64,000 bases of DNA from contig OX597817.1 in assembly GCA_951406725.2 (NCBI GenBank), positions 39,556,001 to 39,620,000 on the forward strand. The letters are read 5' to 3'. This DNA comes from Octopus vulgaris. Taxonomy: Eukaryota. Of the stretch, positions 26,243 through 41,200 are shown in pieces. Position 1 is the first letter of the stretch. Every line of letters starts with the position of its first letter. The notes beneath the pieces were generated by a model. It was given only the letters and a program-made list of their open reading frames with translations. It searched no databases and was not told where the DNA came from. Made by a program: the position numbers and the translations under genes.

Positions 26243-29200
26243 TAGATATATACACACTCACACATATATATACACACATACACACTCTTAAATAAACCAT
26301 AGAAAGTGGTGGAAGGTCATACAGCAAGCAGATATTTGTGTTGTAGAGCTGAAAGTCCCAGAATATTAATAAAAACAGAAAGAGAAATGGAAGTGTTAGG
26401 ATAGAATATAAAATAAACTAATAACATTTTGGTGAGGGTCCTCCATTAGAGAAAAAAAAAGTCATATTATCATATTTACTTTTATTTTTATTTCAGAATT
26501 TTTTCCAAGATTTACCTGACTGGCAAGAACACCATAAAACCTACAATGAAGCATGCTTTTACCTTGCTGATGTTGTGGAGCCTTTAGTGATAGCCAAGAT
26601 GAACCATGAAATGGAAAGAATCAACCAAGCTTTTAGAGATATAGTTATTTCTTACCATCAATACTTGGAAGAGCTGAGAGGTGAAGAGGCACAGTCTTAT
26701 AAAGATGGAGTAACAGAAGTGGCTGTGTGGCTAACACGAACCAATGAATTCTTGAATAAGACTGTACCTTGCACCCAAAAGAGTTTGGAAAATTATGAAA
26801 CAGAATTAGATGTAAGTTTATATCATTCTAAGCTTGTCTTTTATTGCTTGAAAAAAAATGTGGAGCCTCTAAAGGGCTCCCAATAAAATGAATGTTTTAT
26901 TTCTTCTTGTAAGTGCCGGTGGCAAGTAAAAAGCACCACCCGTACGTGGCTGATGCTAGCACCACCTTGACTGGCTTCCGTGCCGGTGGCACGTAAAAGG
27001 CATCAACCGATCACGGCCGTTGCCAGCCTCCCCTGGCACCTGTGCTGGTGGCACATAAAAAAGCACACACTATACTCATGGAGTGGTTGGCGTTAGGAAG
27101 GGCATCCAGCTGTAGAAACACTGCCAGATCAGACTGGAGCCTGGTGCAGCCTCCTAGCTTCCCAGACCCCAGTTGAACAGTCAAATTCATGCTAGCATGG
27201 AAAACAGACATTAAACGATGATGATGATGATGATGAGTAGTCTTAGGGATGGATGAGTGGCAGAAAAATCTCCTTCTCAGTCACATTGTTTCAGGTTCAA
27301 GCTCACTGCATTGCACTCTGGGAAAATATCTTCTTTTATTGCACTGAGGTGACCAATGCATCACGAGTAAATTTTGCAAATAAGAACTGTAGGAAAGCTT
27401 GTCATGCACGCGCATGTGTGTGTGTATGTGTGTGTGTGAGTGAGTGAGAGAAAATGCTTATAGCTCTTGTTTATTTTTATTTCTTACACATGGCTGTTTT
27501 TAATAAATCAGTTTTATGATGTGTGTTTACCATTTTTGCAGCTCAGAACTTTAGTTTGCTACCCAGTTATCTAGTAAAAGACATCTTTTAGATTATGGAT
27601 GATGTATCACTTCACTGGTTATTTTTAAAGACCTCTGTCAGTCAGGGTCAATTATATATCTCGATCATGTATCAGTCATGAGCACAGTCCCTTCTTCTAA
27701 ATTGAGCCAATAAAATAATATATATTTGTATGAGTGTGTGTGTGTGTGACTTTGTTATGTTTACCAGCATAAACTAGTGTGTCTAGTTATATTTCTTTTT
27801 ATTAAAAAGCAATATTGTTGAGAGGTATTACCATATTTTAACATGTATAAAGAGCCCTCGTGTATAAGGAACACCCTAATTTTTTAGGTTTAAAATTTGG
27901 AAAAAAAGTTTTTGTAAGGGATTATTTATACTATCCATGTATAAGAAACTCCCATATTTTTTTAACCCAATTTTTAATGACAAAGGGTTCCTTATAACAC
28001 ATTAAAATATGGTAAATAAGTACCAGACTGAAGAACATATTGCGGTTGATACAATCAAGTGGTAAAAGAGCTGCTTTTGGAAGCAGTACCCCAGCATGGC
28101 CACAGTCCAGGGACTGAGTCCAATGAAAGAATAAAAGAATGTAATTAATTAAAATTAACAAGGAATGAAGATATAAGCATGGCAGCAGAATTCAAGCTCA
28201 ATTTCTGTCTCGTATTCATAGTTCATAATTTTGGGGAAAAATTTTTTTAAATATTTGTAGGGGGCCATAGCATTTTACTTAATCCACTTGAGAGCATTCT
28301 TGTCCTGTTTCAAGTGATCTAAATTCAACCTTCCATCAAAATTTCATGTTAACTTATATTCTAAGCCATCAGTTTAATAATGACAATTATTTCATTAAAT
28401 TCTTCATTTTTTTTCAATGAGGGGTAATGTATTTTAACAGAAATATTATAATGAATGGATTAACCCTTTCATTACTGTATTTATTTTGAGATGCTCAGTG
28501 TTTCTTTCGATTAATTTTAAATATAACAAAGAATTCAGTAAAGTAACTTAATTATCATTCAGCTAGTGTTAGGAACATGAATTTTGACTAAGGTTTGGTG
28601 GAAGATTTTAATTAAAAACTTATGAAAACAAGACATTTGTACTCAGAGCCAGAGCCGGTTTCAGCCGGGTTGGTATCAAAAGGGTTAAGGAAACACTTTG
28701 AGTATGTCTTCAAAAATATGTTAATTATATTCTTCTTAACCCTTTTGATACTAACCTTGCTGAGACTACCACTAATTCACTAGTACATCCTTCCTGTTTT
28801 AAAGTAATCTAAATTAAAATCTTTAATCAAAATTTCATGTTAATTTATGTTCCAAACACCAGCTTGATAATGACAGCTGTTGCACATAATTCTTCAATAT
28901 TTCCAAAATTAATTGAAACAAAGGCAATAGTATATTTCAACAGAAAAGGGTTAATAATGATAGTTATTTCACTAAAATCTTAATTATTTCCAAAATTAAT
29001 TGAAACAAAAGCAGTATTTTAATAGAAATATAGTGCAAACATTCTCTTTTACTCTTTTACTTGTTTCAGTCGTTTGGCTGTAGTCATGCTGGAGCACCGC
29101 CTTTAGTTGAGCAAATCAACCTCAGGACTTATTCTTTGTAAGCCTAGTACTTATTCTATCTGTCTCTTTTGCTGAACCGCTAAGTTGTGGGGATGTAAAC

Positions 29201-32200
29201 ATGCCAGCATCAGTTGTCAAGTGATGTTGTGGAGACAAACACAGGCACACAAACATATACACACACACATACATGTATATATATACATATATATGATGGG
29301 CTTCTTTCAGTTTCCATCTACCAAATCCACTCACAATGCTTTGGGCAGCCCGGGGCTATAGTAGAAGACACTTGCCCAAAGTGCCACGCAAGTGGGACTG
29401 AACCTGGAACCATGTGGTTTGTAAGCAAACTACTTACCACACAGCCCCTCCCATGCTTATAACACTTCCTGATGATCTTGCTCTTTTTTTTTTTTAAATT
29501 GTGTTATTTTTGTTGCAACAGGTGTCCAGCAAAGAAGTCACTAACATGGAACATAAGCTGAAATCTACCAACAGGACTGGTCATTCACTTGCTAAAACAA
29601 GTCCCAGAGAATCAGTCGACCAAATTTTGGAAACATTGAAAAAATACACTGAAACTTTTAAGTCCAACAAAAAATCAATAGCTGAGAAAATAAAATATGT
29701 GAAAATACTTTTACCAAATATAGAATCATTTGAACATGGAATGACTGCAATAAATGCTTGGTTAGACATTGGAGAATCTTTGATTCAAGAGCACGAATTA
29801 AATGAAAACTTTGATAAAGTGGAAAATTGGCTCGAGGCTCATAAGGTAATTGTAATTTTTTTCACTCTTGTAGCTTTGATATGAAGAGATTTCCGATAAA
29901 TTTGAATGATGACTTACAAGTGATTAGTACAAAAAGGAACCGAAGAAAACAAGATGGTGTCATACAGTTTATCTTGTCATCTTCAATTCAATAGAATTCA
30001 GCCAATAAAAGACTTAATGTAAGAATATAATACAAAGAAAGGAAGCAGTATAGTTAGTCATGTTAATCTCTGTAATTTCTGCTTAGCATTGATATTTATT
30101 TTTTTTTTATGAGGGACAAACTAATATTCAATAGTCTACTTCTGTAAATATTTAACATGAATGATATCTCTTGATATTAAATATGAATCATATTTATGGA
30201 TATTAAACACGAATAATGATATTGATTTCTTTGAGGGTTTTTTCATATGTATTGATATTACTTGTTGATGACATTAACTCATATCATTGATACATCACGC
30301 ATTATATCTTTCCAACCATTTTCTTTTTTCAACTGGGGTAACTTTGTATTTCCCTTACAGGAAGGCACCTGTTTCTATCCTATCATATTTTATCAATCAG
30401 AATTAGATTTGGCACCTTTAGGACACTATCCTAAATACCTGTCATAAACACAACTTTTACATTAAAATATACAATTTCAATTTTTAGAAATAATACTAAA
30501 CTGATGTGTACTGAAGAACATAGAAAATTAAACAGGAATGCAATTTTTGGAATTCATTTTCACAGTTAGATATTGGTCTGGTATCTAACTGATTTAGCAA
30601 ACAAGTTTCCAACAGGGATAGCCATGTATCTCCTCTGCTGCAAGAACTTGTTCCTGTCTTTCTTATTTCTTTATTGCCCACAAGGGGCTAAACATAGAGG
30701 GGACAAACAAGGACAGACAAACGGATTAAGTCGATTACATCAACTCCAGTGCATAACTGGTACTTAATTTATCGACCCCGAAAGGATGAAAGGCAAAGTC
30801 AACCTCGGCGGAATTTGAACTCAGAATGTAACGGCAGACGAAATACCACTAAGCATTTCACCTAGCGTGCTAACGTTTCTGCCAGCTCACCACCTTATTC
30901 CTGTCTTTCTATTATACTTTAACCATTCATTACCAGACACTTAGCTACCCCCATCAGTACTACACACCCTCAGTTGAAGTGTCTTTGTCTTGTGAGCTAC
31001 TTGGTGATCTCAATTGTGCTGGTGTCATGTAAAAAGCACCCAGTCTACTCTAAAGTTGTTGGTATTAGGATGAGCAATAGGACTTAGTGCTGTCCTCTGG
31101 CTTTCCAGTTTCTGTAGAACTGTCCAACCTATACCAGCATGGAAAATGGATGCTAAATGATGATAATAATGATAATGGTGATGATGATGATGATATATCT
31201 TCCTGATCATTTTGTCATTTTTGTGTTTTTGTCATTATTATTACAGACACCAGTGTCACTATTCACCACATCAGGACGCCATGATAGATCATCGTTAGCT
31301 CCTACATGCATTTTTTTCTCTCCTTGTTTTTTTCTGTGTATTTTTCTGTTGCAGATCGTAGGCTCGAAACGTAAAAGACTTTTTCTGTTCCTATACTAAT
31401 ACATTTGTTTGTTTGTACTCCACCTGCCTTCGTCTCTTGTTTATTTTCGTAAACTTTCCCTTTGGTTATAGAATGTTTAAAATCCCTTTTTGCTTCAGAA
31501 CAATTAGCATAATCACAAATTACACCTAAGAAAAACAAAAAAAGAAAAACAAAACTGACCAGCAAAAGCCTTCTACATAGTTGCCTGACCTGACCTGCTA
31601 GAAATAGCAACCAAGTTTTCAAACCACAACTACAGCAATAAAAGAACTGGAGTACACTTTAATCGGAAAAGATAAAAAAATGAAGATGAATTGGTTATTT
31701 CCGAAATTTTTTGATCATATGTTTTGTTGGCCTGAGGTGACCTGGTACTAAACAACAAAACATCTTTAAAAAAGGAAACAACAAAAAGTGTACCTACATG
31801 GTATCTTGGCCTGCAAGAAATAAATGCCAAATTTCCTTCAAATTCCTTCAAATTACACCCTACTATCTTAAGTTCATGCTGTGCTGTATAATATTTGTAA
31901 TATTGGATATAAAGCAGCAAGCTGGCAGAAACGTTAGCATGCTGGGCAAAATGCTTTGTGGCATTTCATCTGATAAAATAAGTACCACTTGTGTACTTGA
32001 GTCAATGTAATTGACTATTTCCCTCCCCTGAAATTGCTGGCCTTGTGCCAAAATTTGAAATCAGCATTAGATATAATGCTAAAGATATAGTAGATATTCA
32101 TGGTTGAAGTTTTAGATCATAAATCTGCTAAATTTGGGATGACCTGGGGCTAAATAACATAATATCAAACTTTAAAACAGAAAATTATATGAATATAACT

Positions 32201-35200
32201 TTAGATTGGTATTAAGAATGACATCCAGCCATAGAAATCATTTTTCTAACAAGATGTGGGCCTATGATCCATTGAATCCTCTTGAGCTATATGGAAACTA
32301 GATGTAAACTTTCATCATCATCATTGTTTAACATCCACTTTCCATGCTAGCATGGGTTTGACGATTTGACTGAGGTTTGGCAAACCAGATGGCTGCACCA
32401 GACTCCAATCTGATCTGGCAGATCAGAAGGGCATCCATCTACAGCTGGATGCCCTTCCTAATGTCAGCCACTCTGAGAGTGTAGTGGGTGCTTTTACGTG
32501 CCACCGGCACAAGGGCCAGTCAGACAGTACTGGCAATGGCCACGCTTAAATGGTGCTTTTTATGTGCCACCTACACAGGAGCCAGTCCAGCAGCACTGGC
32601 AACGACTTCGCTTGAATGTTTTTTCCTGTGCCAACAGCACAAGTGCTAGTAAGGCAATACAAGTAACAATCATGCTCGAATGGTGTTTTTAACGTGCCAT
32701 CGGCAAGGAGGCCAGCTTGTTGCTCTGGCAACGATCTCACTCGTATGGTACTCTTAGCGCTCCACTAGCACAGATGCCAGTCATCGAATTTGATTTCGAT
32801 TTCACTTGCCTCAACAGGTCTTCGCAAGCAGAGTTTAGTGTCTAGTGAAGGAAAGGCACGCATAAATGGACTGGTTACACCCCTGGAATAGGCCACAAGG
32901 TTATGGTCTCACTTGCGCTTGCTAAATGTATTTCTCTTTCCTTTCTTATATTTCCTCTAAGACCTTGAAGTTTTATGAATTTTGTATATTATTCTCAACA
33001 CAAGCAGTTTTGACCACTTGAACCCTGATAATCATTGTATCCATTTTAAAACTCCTGTGTTGTTAGATCCACTTCTGTTTCAGTTTGTACTCTCCATGAT
33101 CATATCCTCAGATAAACCATAAATAGATTTGATAAAATCTTTTCACAGGAGCATTTCTCACAAACTGAAAACCAAAAATCTGTGTTGGAAAGCAAAGGAA
33201 AATTGTTACATAAAATGGCTTCTCATAAGAGTAAATTAAAAGTTGTGGATTTTGAACCTCCTCAAACACTGTTACAGACAACCACTGTGAGATTTCAGGT
33301 AGGATTGTTTTTATTGTTGTAGTTAGGGAGATTTTAAAAATAACTATTTTTCTTTATAGTTAAACTAAGTCACTTATAGAAACCTGTTTGATGTATCACA
33401 TTTCTTCATATTGCTGAAGGTAATAGAAACTGTTTGGGTTTGTACATTCAACACACACACACACACAATTATGTAGGTAGGGTTATAATCCAGTCCGTGT
33501 CCTCTTGAAGCACAAATGGTATTGTTGATGTATTAATGTGAGGTACATATTAGAGTTGAACATTCTGGAAACATTTGCTTGTTGAGTTATTATATAGCAA
33601 AACAGGAACTCAGAAAATGTTTTTCGTATCATTTATTCACCGTTACACATGTTTCATTTGCTAATAGGTATCACAAAATTGTACATGTTGGGTAAACATG
33701 TAAGAAATTTTAGAAATTTTTCAGAAAATGAAATAATAATGGTGAATAAATAATGCCAAAAGAATTTTTCACATTCCTGTTTTATTCTCTCTTTCACTCT
33801 CTCTCTTTCACCCTCTCTCTTTCTCTCACTCCCACACCTACACACAAATGCTCATCTATTATTAATGCATGAATTGACGACTATGTTTTAACAACTTCAT
33901 TAATATCATTCAGTGTCACATATTTAGTTTTTGTGTATGTGTTTGAGGTAGATTTAGAGAGGTGGGATCTTGAAGTAAATGTCAAACTTTTCCTTGAAAA
34001 AAGAGAAATATTATTCGGTGATTCTTTTTTACCCCCACCCCACACACACAAAACTCATGTATTATATTGATAAGACATCCCTTGATAGAAAAAAAAAGTG
34101 AAGTGACTCACCAATGGAATTCAAATCATGTAGATATTGTATGTAAGATGACTGTCAGAACCATTACACCTAAGCAAACTGACAACTGTCAACCATCAAA
34201 ATCAGAAGCTTTCACTGGCCAAGCTTGAAATTAAATATTTTTATTTAGTTTGCCTTGAAGCATTGTGAAATTTGAAAATAAATATCTAAGCTATTGAAAT
34301 ATAAGAACTATTACTTACAAATTCATTGTAGCAGTTTCTTAAATATTTATTTAAAAATTTTAAAAAGTGTTTACTTTCTAGCTTGTCCATTTAATGCTTG
34401 TAATTTTGATGGTCAAGACGTATTCAATCATTTTGGTATAATGGTTAATCATGACCATCCATAATGCAACAGATATCTGGTTCAATTCCTGTAGGCAATT
34501 CTGTTTACTTTTTTCTGACATCAACAGGTATCTTACTTGATATATAAGGAGCTATTTTTTACAGTTTCATTTGCATTGTAATGTCTTCTCAGATACTTAT
34601 TAAATACTTATTTTCCAATATCTCAGTGCTTCAGGTGAGCCATATATTTGGTGTGTGTGTGTGTGCATGTATGTGTACATGTATCTATGTATTTGTGTGT
34701 GTATACATGTGGGTGTCTGTGTGTGTGTGTGGAGAGAAACATCATCTGTGTTTCCTCTTATTTAAAATAGTGATATTGGAAAATTTCCCGAGGGTATTCT
34801 TCTCTATGAAGAATATAGATAAGTGCTTGCTGCCATGCTTAATACAGAATACCAAATATATTTTTGAATTCATGGAAGTTATAACTGTAATGACATGAAA
34901 AATTTGTTCGTTTTAATGAAAATAACTGTCAAAATGGCTGGTAATTTTAACTCGTGAAATTTCAATAAAAAAAAAAAAGAAACTGAGACATGCAATAAGA
35001 TAGAGTAGTGAGTCAGATTTTTGGTAGCTTTGTGAACAACTCCAGACATGTTTCTATATTATTGGACATCTTTAGAAAAATATAATCAACTGATAGCTAA
35101 ATGACCACAGAATAAGTGGAAGATTTTATAGTTTTGATGTGAAAATAATTCACTGAATAGGTAGATTAAAATAATGACTCTGGAATATTTTTCAGTACAT

Positions 35201-38200
35201 ATATATATATCTTGCTCCTTCTCGAGCCATGTCTGGCTCATAAGGGCTAGTTTCCTGGTTTCCTTGGCGTATAGGTTCCCCACCTGGACAGGACGCCGGT
35301 CCGTCGCAGGTGAGCTGCAAGATGCACGAGGAAAGAGTGAGAGAAAGTTGTGGCGAAAGAGTCTGCAGAAATTCACCATTACCTTCTGCCGGAGCCGTGT
35401 GGAGCTTAGGAGTTTTGCTCATAAACACACACATCGCCTGGTCTGAGATTCGAAGCCGCGATCCCTCGACCATGAGTCCGCTGCTCTATACACTAGGTCA
35501 TGTGCCTCCACACACACACATACATATATATCTTCATAACTAGTAACTGGAGATATTAGTTGGGGAAAAGTTAGTTCATTCTTTCATCTGATGGACATAG
35601 TTTGTGTGAAATTGGGGTGTATATGGCAATCCCAGATATTGTACATAAATATTTACACATAACCATTTACATGAGTACTGTCATACATGATGCATATGTG
35701 GTTATGTGTGTATGTTTGTGTGTGTGTATGTTTGTATATTTATATGTATTTGTATGTGTCTATATTTTTTGTGTGTCTTTATTTTGTGTGTGTGTATGTA
35801 CTTATATAATTACATGAAGTTGTCTGTGTATGGTTCTGTGCTTGTTTATTCTAACCTTAAATTATCTTCACATACCATATCTGCTCAACAATATAGTATT
35901 TTTGAAGTTGTTACACTTGAGGCACAATAAATAACTTCAAACAAACTTACATTCCAACTTTAGAGAGCAGCTTCTACAACTTTATTAATAAAAAACAAAT
36001 TATATTTCTAAGATCACTCAATAAGTTGAATGTATTTTTCGATAAGTTTCACTTTCATCTATCTGTGTCCACTTTTTTGAATATTTCTGTTAAATTTCTC
36101 GTTTGTGTTATTACAGACTTTGAATAGCTCAGCAAGTGAGAGTGAAAAGAAACTTGAAGAAGCCTTTCAACTTTGGCAGTTATATTGCCAGCGATATCAA
36201 CAAATGGATGATTGGATAGAGCAAGCTCGAGAAGTCCTTGCAGACTCTGATGATGACATTCCTGATCTAATTAAAAAGCATAAGGTTTTTAAATCAATCT
36301 CCTTTATTTTTTAAAATTTACATACTTCAATTCCCAGTGAATTTGGTGATAGGTTTGGACTTCTGACCTTAATCATCATCACCATTTAATGTTTGTCTTC
36401 CATGCTGACATGAGCTAGATTGTTTGACAGGAGCTGGCAAGTCAGAGGACTGCACCAAGCTTCACTGTCTGTTTTGGCATGGTTTTTATGGTTGGATGCT
36501 CTTCCTAATGCCAATCACTTTACAAAGTGAACTGGGTGCTTTTTATGTGGTACCAGAACAAGCAAAGTTTTTTTTTTTATAGCTGGATGCCCTTCCTAAT
36601 GCCAGCTACTTTACAGAGTAAACTTGTTGCTTTTTACATGGCACTAGCACTGGCAAAATCTGCTTTGGTATGGTTTTTAATGGCTGGATGCCCTTCCTAA
36701 TGCCAGCCACTTTTCAAATTGAACTGGTTGCTTTCTATATGGTACCAGCACTGGCAAAATCTGATGGTTTTATGGCTGGATGTCCCTCCTAATGCCAGCC
36801 ACTTTGCTGAGTGTAGTGGGTGCTTTTTCTGTGGGATCAGAACTGGCAAGGTCTGCTTTGGCATGGTTTTTTTTTATAGCTGCATGCCTTTGCTAACACC
36901 AAACACACTACAGAGTGGACTGGGTGCTTTTTATGTGATACCAGTGGTATTGAAGGAGGTGGCTTTGTGCCAGGTGATGAGAGGTTAGAGTACGATAGCA
37001 TAAATTGAAATCTTACTGCTGTTATTTATTGTGTTATGCTTCTAATACTTATATCCGTCTTTGTTTAGTGTACTGGCAGAACAAGAAATAAAAAAACAAG
37101 TTCTGCTCTTACTTCACAATTGAATGATTAATGATAAGAATGGCGTACATATATAAAAACCATTTACATTTGCTCAAACCATTTTATCATTGCAAGCACA
37201 GGAAGATAGATAAGGAAAATAAGCCATTGCATGGGCTGTGAGCTTTAGTTTTCTTTTTCATAAAACATCTGTGAGAGCTGTCAATTATCTGTGCTTTTCC
37301 ACCTGTTGATCTTGTTTAGTAACTAAATATCTTGGAAAGAACTCAATACCATATAGAAGGAACAAGTGATTTATTGGTTTAGAATTCCCTGAAAAGCTCT
37401 AAATAGAAATGTTTGCATTGGTTGTTGAAGCAAGAATTTAACAGATAGATGCTTTTTCCCTAACACAGATTTTTTTTTGTCTTTTTAATAGTTCTTCTCT
37501 AAATACTGAATTTTGTGAGAACCAGTGAGGGCTTGACCCACTACATAGTTGCTCAGCCTGCTTGAAATAGCTTTTAAATTGGCCTTTATATATCATATCT
37601 TAGAAAAAATTGGGAAAGGACTCATTTGATAAAGTGGTTCTAGATATATTGTGTCTGGGGGAAAAAAATGGAAAAAGGAATGAAATAGTGAAGATTGGAA
37701 TGCCTTTTATCAGGAGTTTCATCAATCAAGGCTGACCTGGGGCTTAACAATGACAACTGCAAAATATATCAGCAGAGGAATTCACCCTGAAGGAGTTCAT
37801 TTGTGGTCATTCTATGTACTAGAAATAGCAGCCAAATGTTTAAAAGAATCCTTTAAAATAACCCTACATTTTTAAAAGAAGGATGTATTAGATAATGTAG
37901 TCCAGAGTATACTTTGCCTGAAAAGAAAAAGATGGAATGGTTGTGGCTGGAATGTTTTTCATTATGATTAAAAGTTTGTGATCAAGGCTGATTGGGGTTG
38001 AACAGCAATAACAACAATCTGCTTTCTTCTACAGTCTGACACATTAGTAAGACTGAGAGTAAAGTGTTTGTTTGGTCAAATGTCTTGTAAGATTCCGTAA
38101 CAAAAGCAATGCATGCTTGACCATACAGCCACTACACTGTTATACTCTATACATGATTACATCATAATTTGTCAAGTTGGTAATATTAACAAAATCATTA

Positions 38201-41200
38201 AGGTGATGAATTGACAGAATGGTTGACATGCCAGGCAAAATACTTAGTGGCATTTTGTCTGTCTCTATGTTCTGAGTTCAAATCCCACCAAAGTTGATTT
38301 TTGCCTTTCATCCTTTTGAAGTTTATAAAATAAATATCGGTTGAACACTGGGGTCAGTATAACTGACTTACCCCTACCCCAAGATTGCTGGCTTTTTGCC
38401 AAAATTTGAAACCAATATTAACAAAATCATTGTTTTATTCTTTTATTTTCTTTTGCTCACGCAGAAGTTTTTTGATGGCAACCCTGGTGATGTTCTTTGG
38501 AAGGATTTCCATGAATCTAGTATTCAGTTGCTACGACTTATACCCGGTTATGAAGCTCCCCAGATAAATGAGACTGTTAACAAGACTAAAACTAAGCTAA
38601 AGGTAAATTTATTGTTTTAATATATAACAAACTGATCAAGGCAGCGAGATGGCAGAATTGTTAGCATACTGGGCATTTCATCTGTCTTTACAGTCTAAAT
38701 TCAAATACTGCTGAAGTCAACTTTGCCTTTCATCTTTTCAGGATTGATAAAATAAATACCAGTTGAGCACTGGGGGTCGATGTAATCAACTACCCTCACC
38801 CTACAAAATTTTAGTTTTATACCTATGTTTGTTCCTTCTCGAGCCACGCCTGGCTCATAGGGCCGGTTTCCTGGTTTCTTTGGTGTATCGGTTCCCCACA
38901 TGGATGGGACGCCAGTCCATCGCAGGTGAGCTGCAAAATGCAGGAGAAAAAAATGAGGGAAAGTTGTGGTGAAAGAGTCAGCAGAAGTTCGCGATTGCCT
39001 TCTGCCAGAGCCATGTGGAGCTTAGGTGTTTTTGCTCATAAACACACACATCGCCCGGTCTGAGATTCAAACCCGTGATCCCTCAACCGCGAGTCTGCTG
39101 CTCTAACCACTAGGCCATGTGCCTCCACTTTATACCTATAGTAGAAAGAAATATATATCCAACTGATCAGGCATCAAGAAATCATTTATCTGGCGTATAT
39201 ATTTCTTTCTTTTTTTTCCCTTTACTTACTCTCAATCTCTTCTCTCCCATTCACTCACATAATTAACACCCTTCTGTGAAGCTACATGGCCTAATGGCTT
39301 GGGTGTGCATCCCCTATTGCAAAACTGTGTTGTGTTTTTGAGGAAACCACTTCATTTCCTATTGCTCCAGTCCACTCAACTGTAAATGAGAACCACTGCG
39401 ATGGACTGACTTACTATTCAGAAGGAATGATGTGATCTTAATCACTTATATCCCATGGAAACTGAGTGGAAACCTAGGATTGAGACAGGACTTACTACAT
39501 CCTTGCTCACCAGTCTCTATATTTACTCATCTGAAACTATATCTCACTCTTACCACACAACCTTGCAACTTCTACATATCCTTCCTTTTTTTCTTCTGCC
39601 TAGGGACCACCCTGTCATCTTGTCACCTTTATCTTTATCTCTTTTTCCCTACTTTACACTAATTCCTCTCCCTCACTCTTATATAATTGAGTAACTATGT
39701 ATCTCCTCTGCATCAAGAAACCTGTTGTAGCTCCTTCCTTCATACTTTAACCTTTCATCGCCTAGCATAAAGCTGCCTCCCTCTCTTCTGTAATCCCACT
39801 CAGTTGAAAGTGATCTTAGGCTTGTAATTTACATGGTGGCTTCACTAATGCTGGTACAATTAAAATATACCCAGTATACTGGGTACTCGTGGAGGCGCAT
39901 GGTTTAGTGGTTAGGGTGTCAGCATCATGATCGTAAGATTGTTGTTTCGATTCCTGGACCGGGCGATGCATTGTGCAAAACACTTCATTGAGCAAAACAC
40001 TTCATTTCATGTTACTCCAGTCCACTCAGCTGGCAAAAATGAGTAATACTGTGATGGACTGGTGTCCTGTCCAGCTGGGGAACACATACACCATTGAAAT
40101 CGGGCCTATGAGCCTGGCTAGGCTTTAAAAGGGCGCATTTATTTATTTTTTTTATACTGGGTACTCATCATACTCTGTTTCACCAATCAAAATTGGTATT
40201 TTTTATTGTCTCAGAAATAGGTACACTTGTGTGTGTGTTTCCTTGTCATGGTATCATATGATGGCTGTAAACATTCAATGTTATACAAGCAGTGTCATTC
40301 ATTTCCAATATTCTGTGAAAACATGTCTGGCCATGAAGAAATATTACTTTGTCTGGAAACAGATGAGTATTGGTGACAGGAATGGCATCCAGCTGTAGAA
40401 GAATCTGCCTTAATAAACTCTGTTTGACCTATGCAAGAATGGAAAAGTGGATGTTAAAACGATGATGAATGAATGAAAGAATGAAATGCAAAATTGACCT
40501 CGGGGTTAGAACTCAGAGTGAAGAGACTTAGGAAAAATAGCACAGAGCATTCGGTTCAGTGCTCTACTGCTCAGTCAAGACTGACTTGAGTCTAAACAAC
40601 AGTATCAGCCTTACTAATAGGGTTCTTGCAAGCTTTGAATACAACCCTATTTTTATGAAACTAAAAATAAAATAGTCATCTCTGTATCATACTTTATGCA
40701 AATACATCAGGAAAAGCAAATTAACTGAGGTGTTCATTCACAGCTCTTATGGAAATACTATGTTTAAAAACACGGTATATACCAGTAGTAAACAAAATTC
40801 ATACAGCAACAGTCGTAAGATGCCAGATGTGCATTTCTGCCTCATTGGGCTTTGTCATTTGCACACACGCACTGCCAACTGCATGCTAAAACAAAATTTG
40901 TCACTACTGATATAGGAAAACAGTGATTAAAAAATTGCTGTTGTTGTAGTTAGCTACCTGACTAAATAAAAATGTATTATGTGCAACAGAAGCAATGTAT
41001 CTCATTATCATCAGTATCAACATTTAATGTCTGCTTTCCATGCTAATATGGGTTGGACAGTTTGACTGAGGACTGGTGAGCCAGAAGGCTGCACCAGGCT
41101 CAATCTGATGTGGCGAAGTTTCTACAGCTGGATGCCCTTCCTAACGCCAACCTCTCCGAGAATGTAATGGGTGCTTTTACGTGCCACCAGCATGAGGGCC

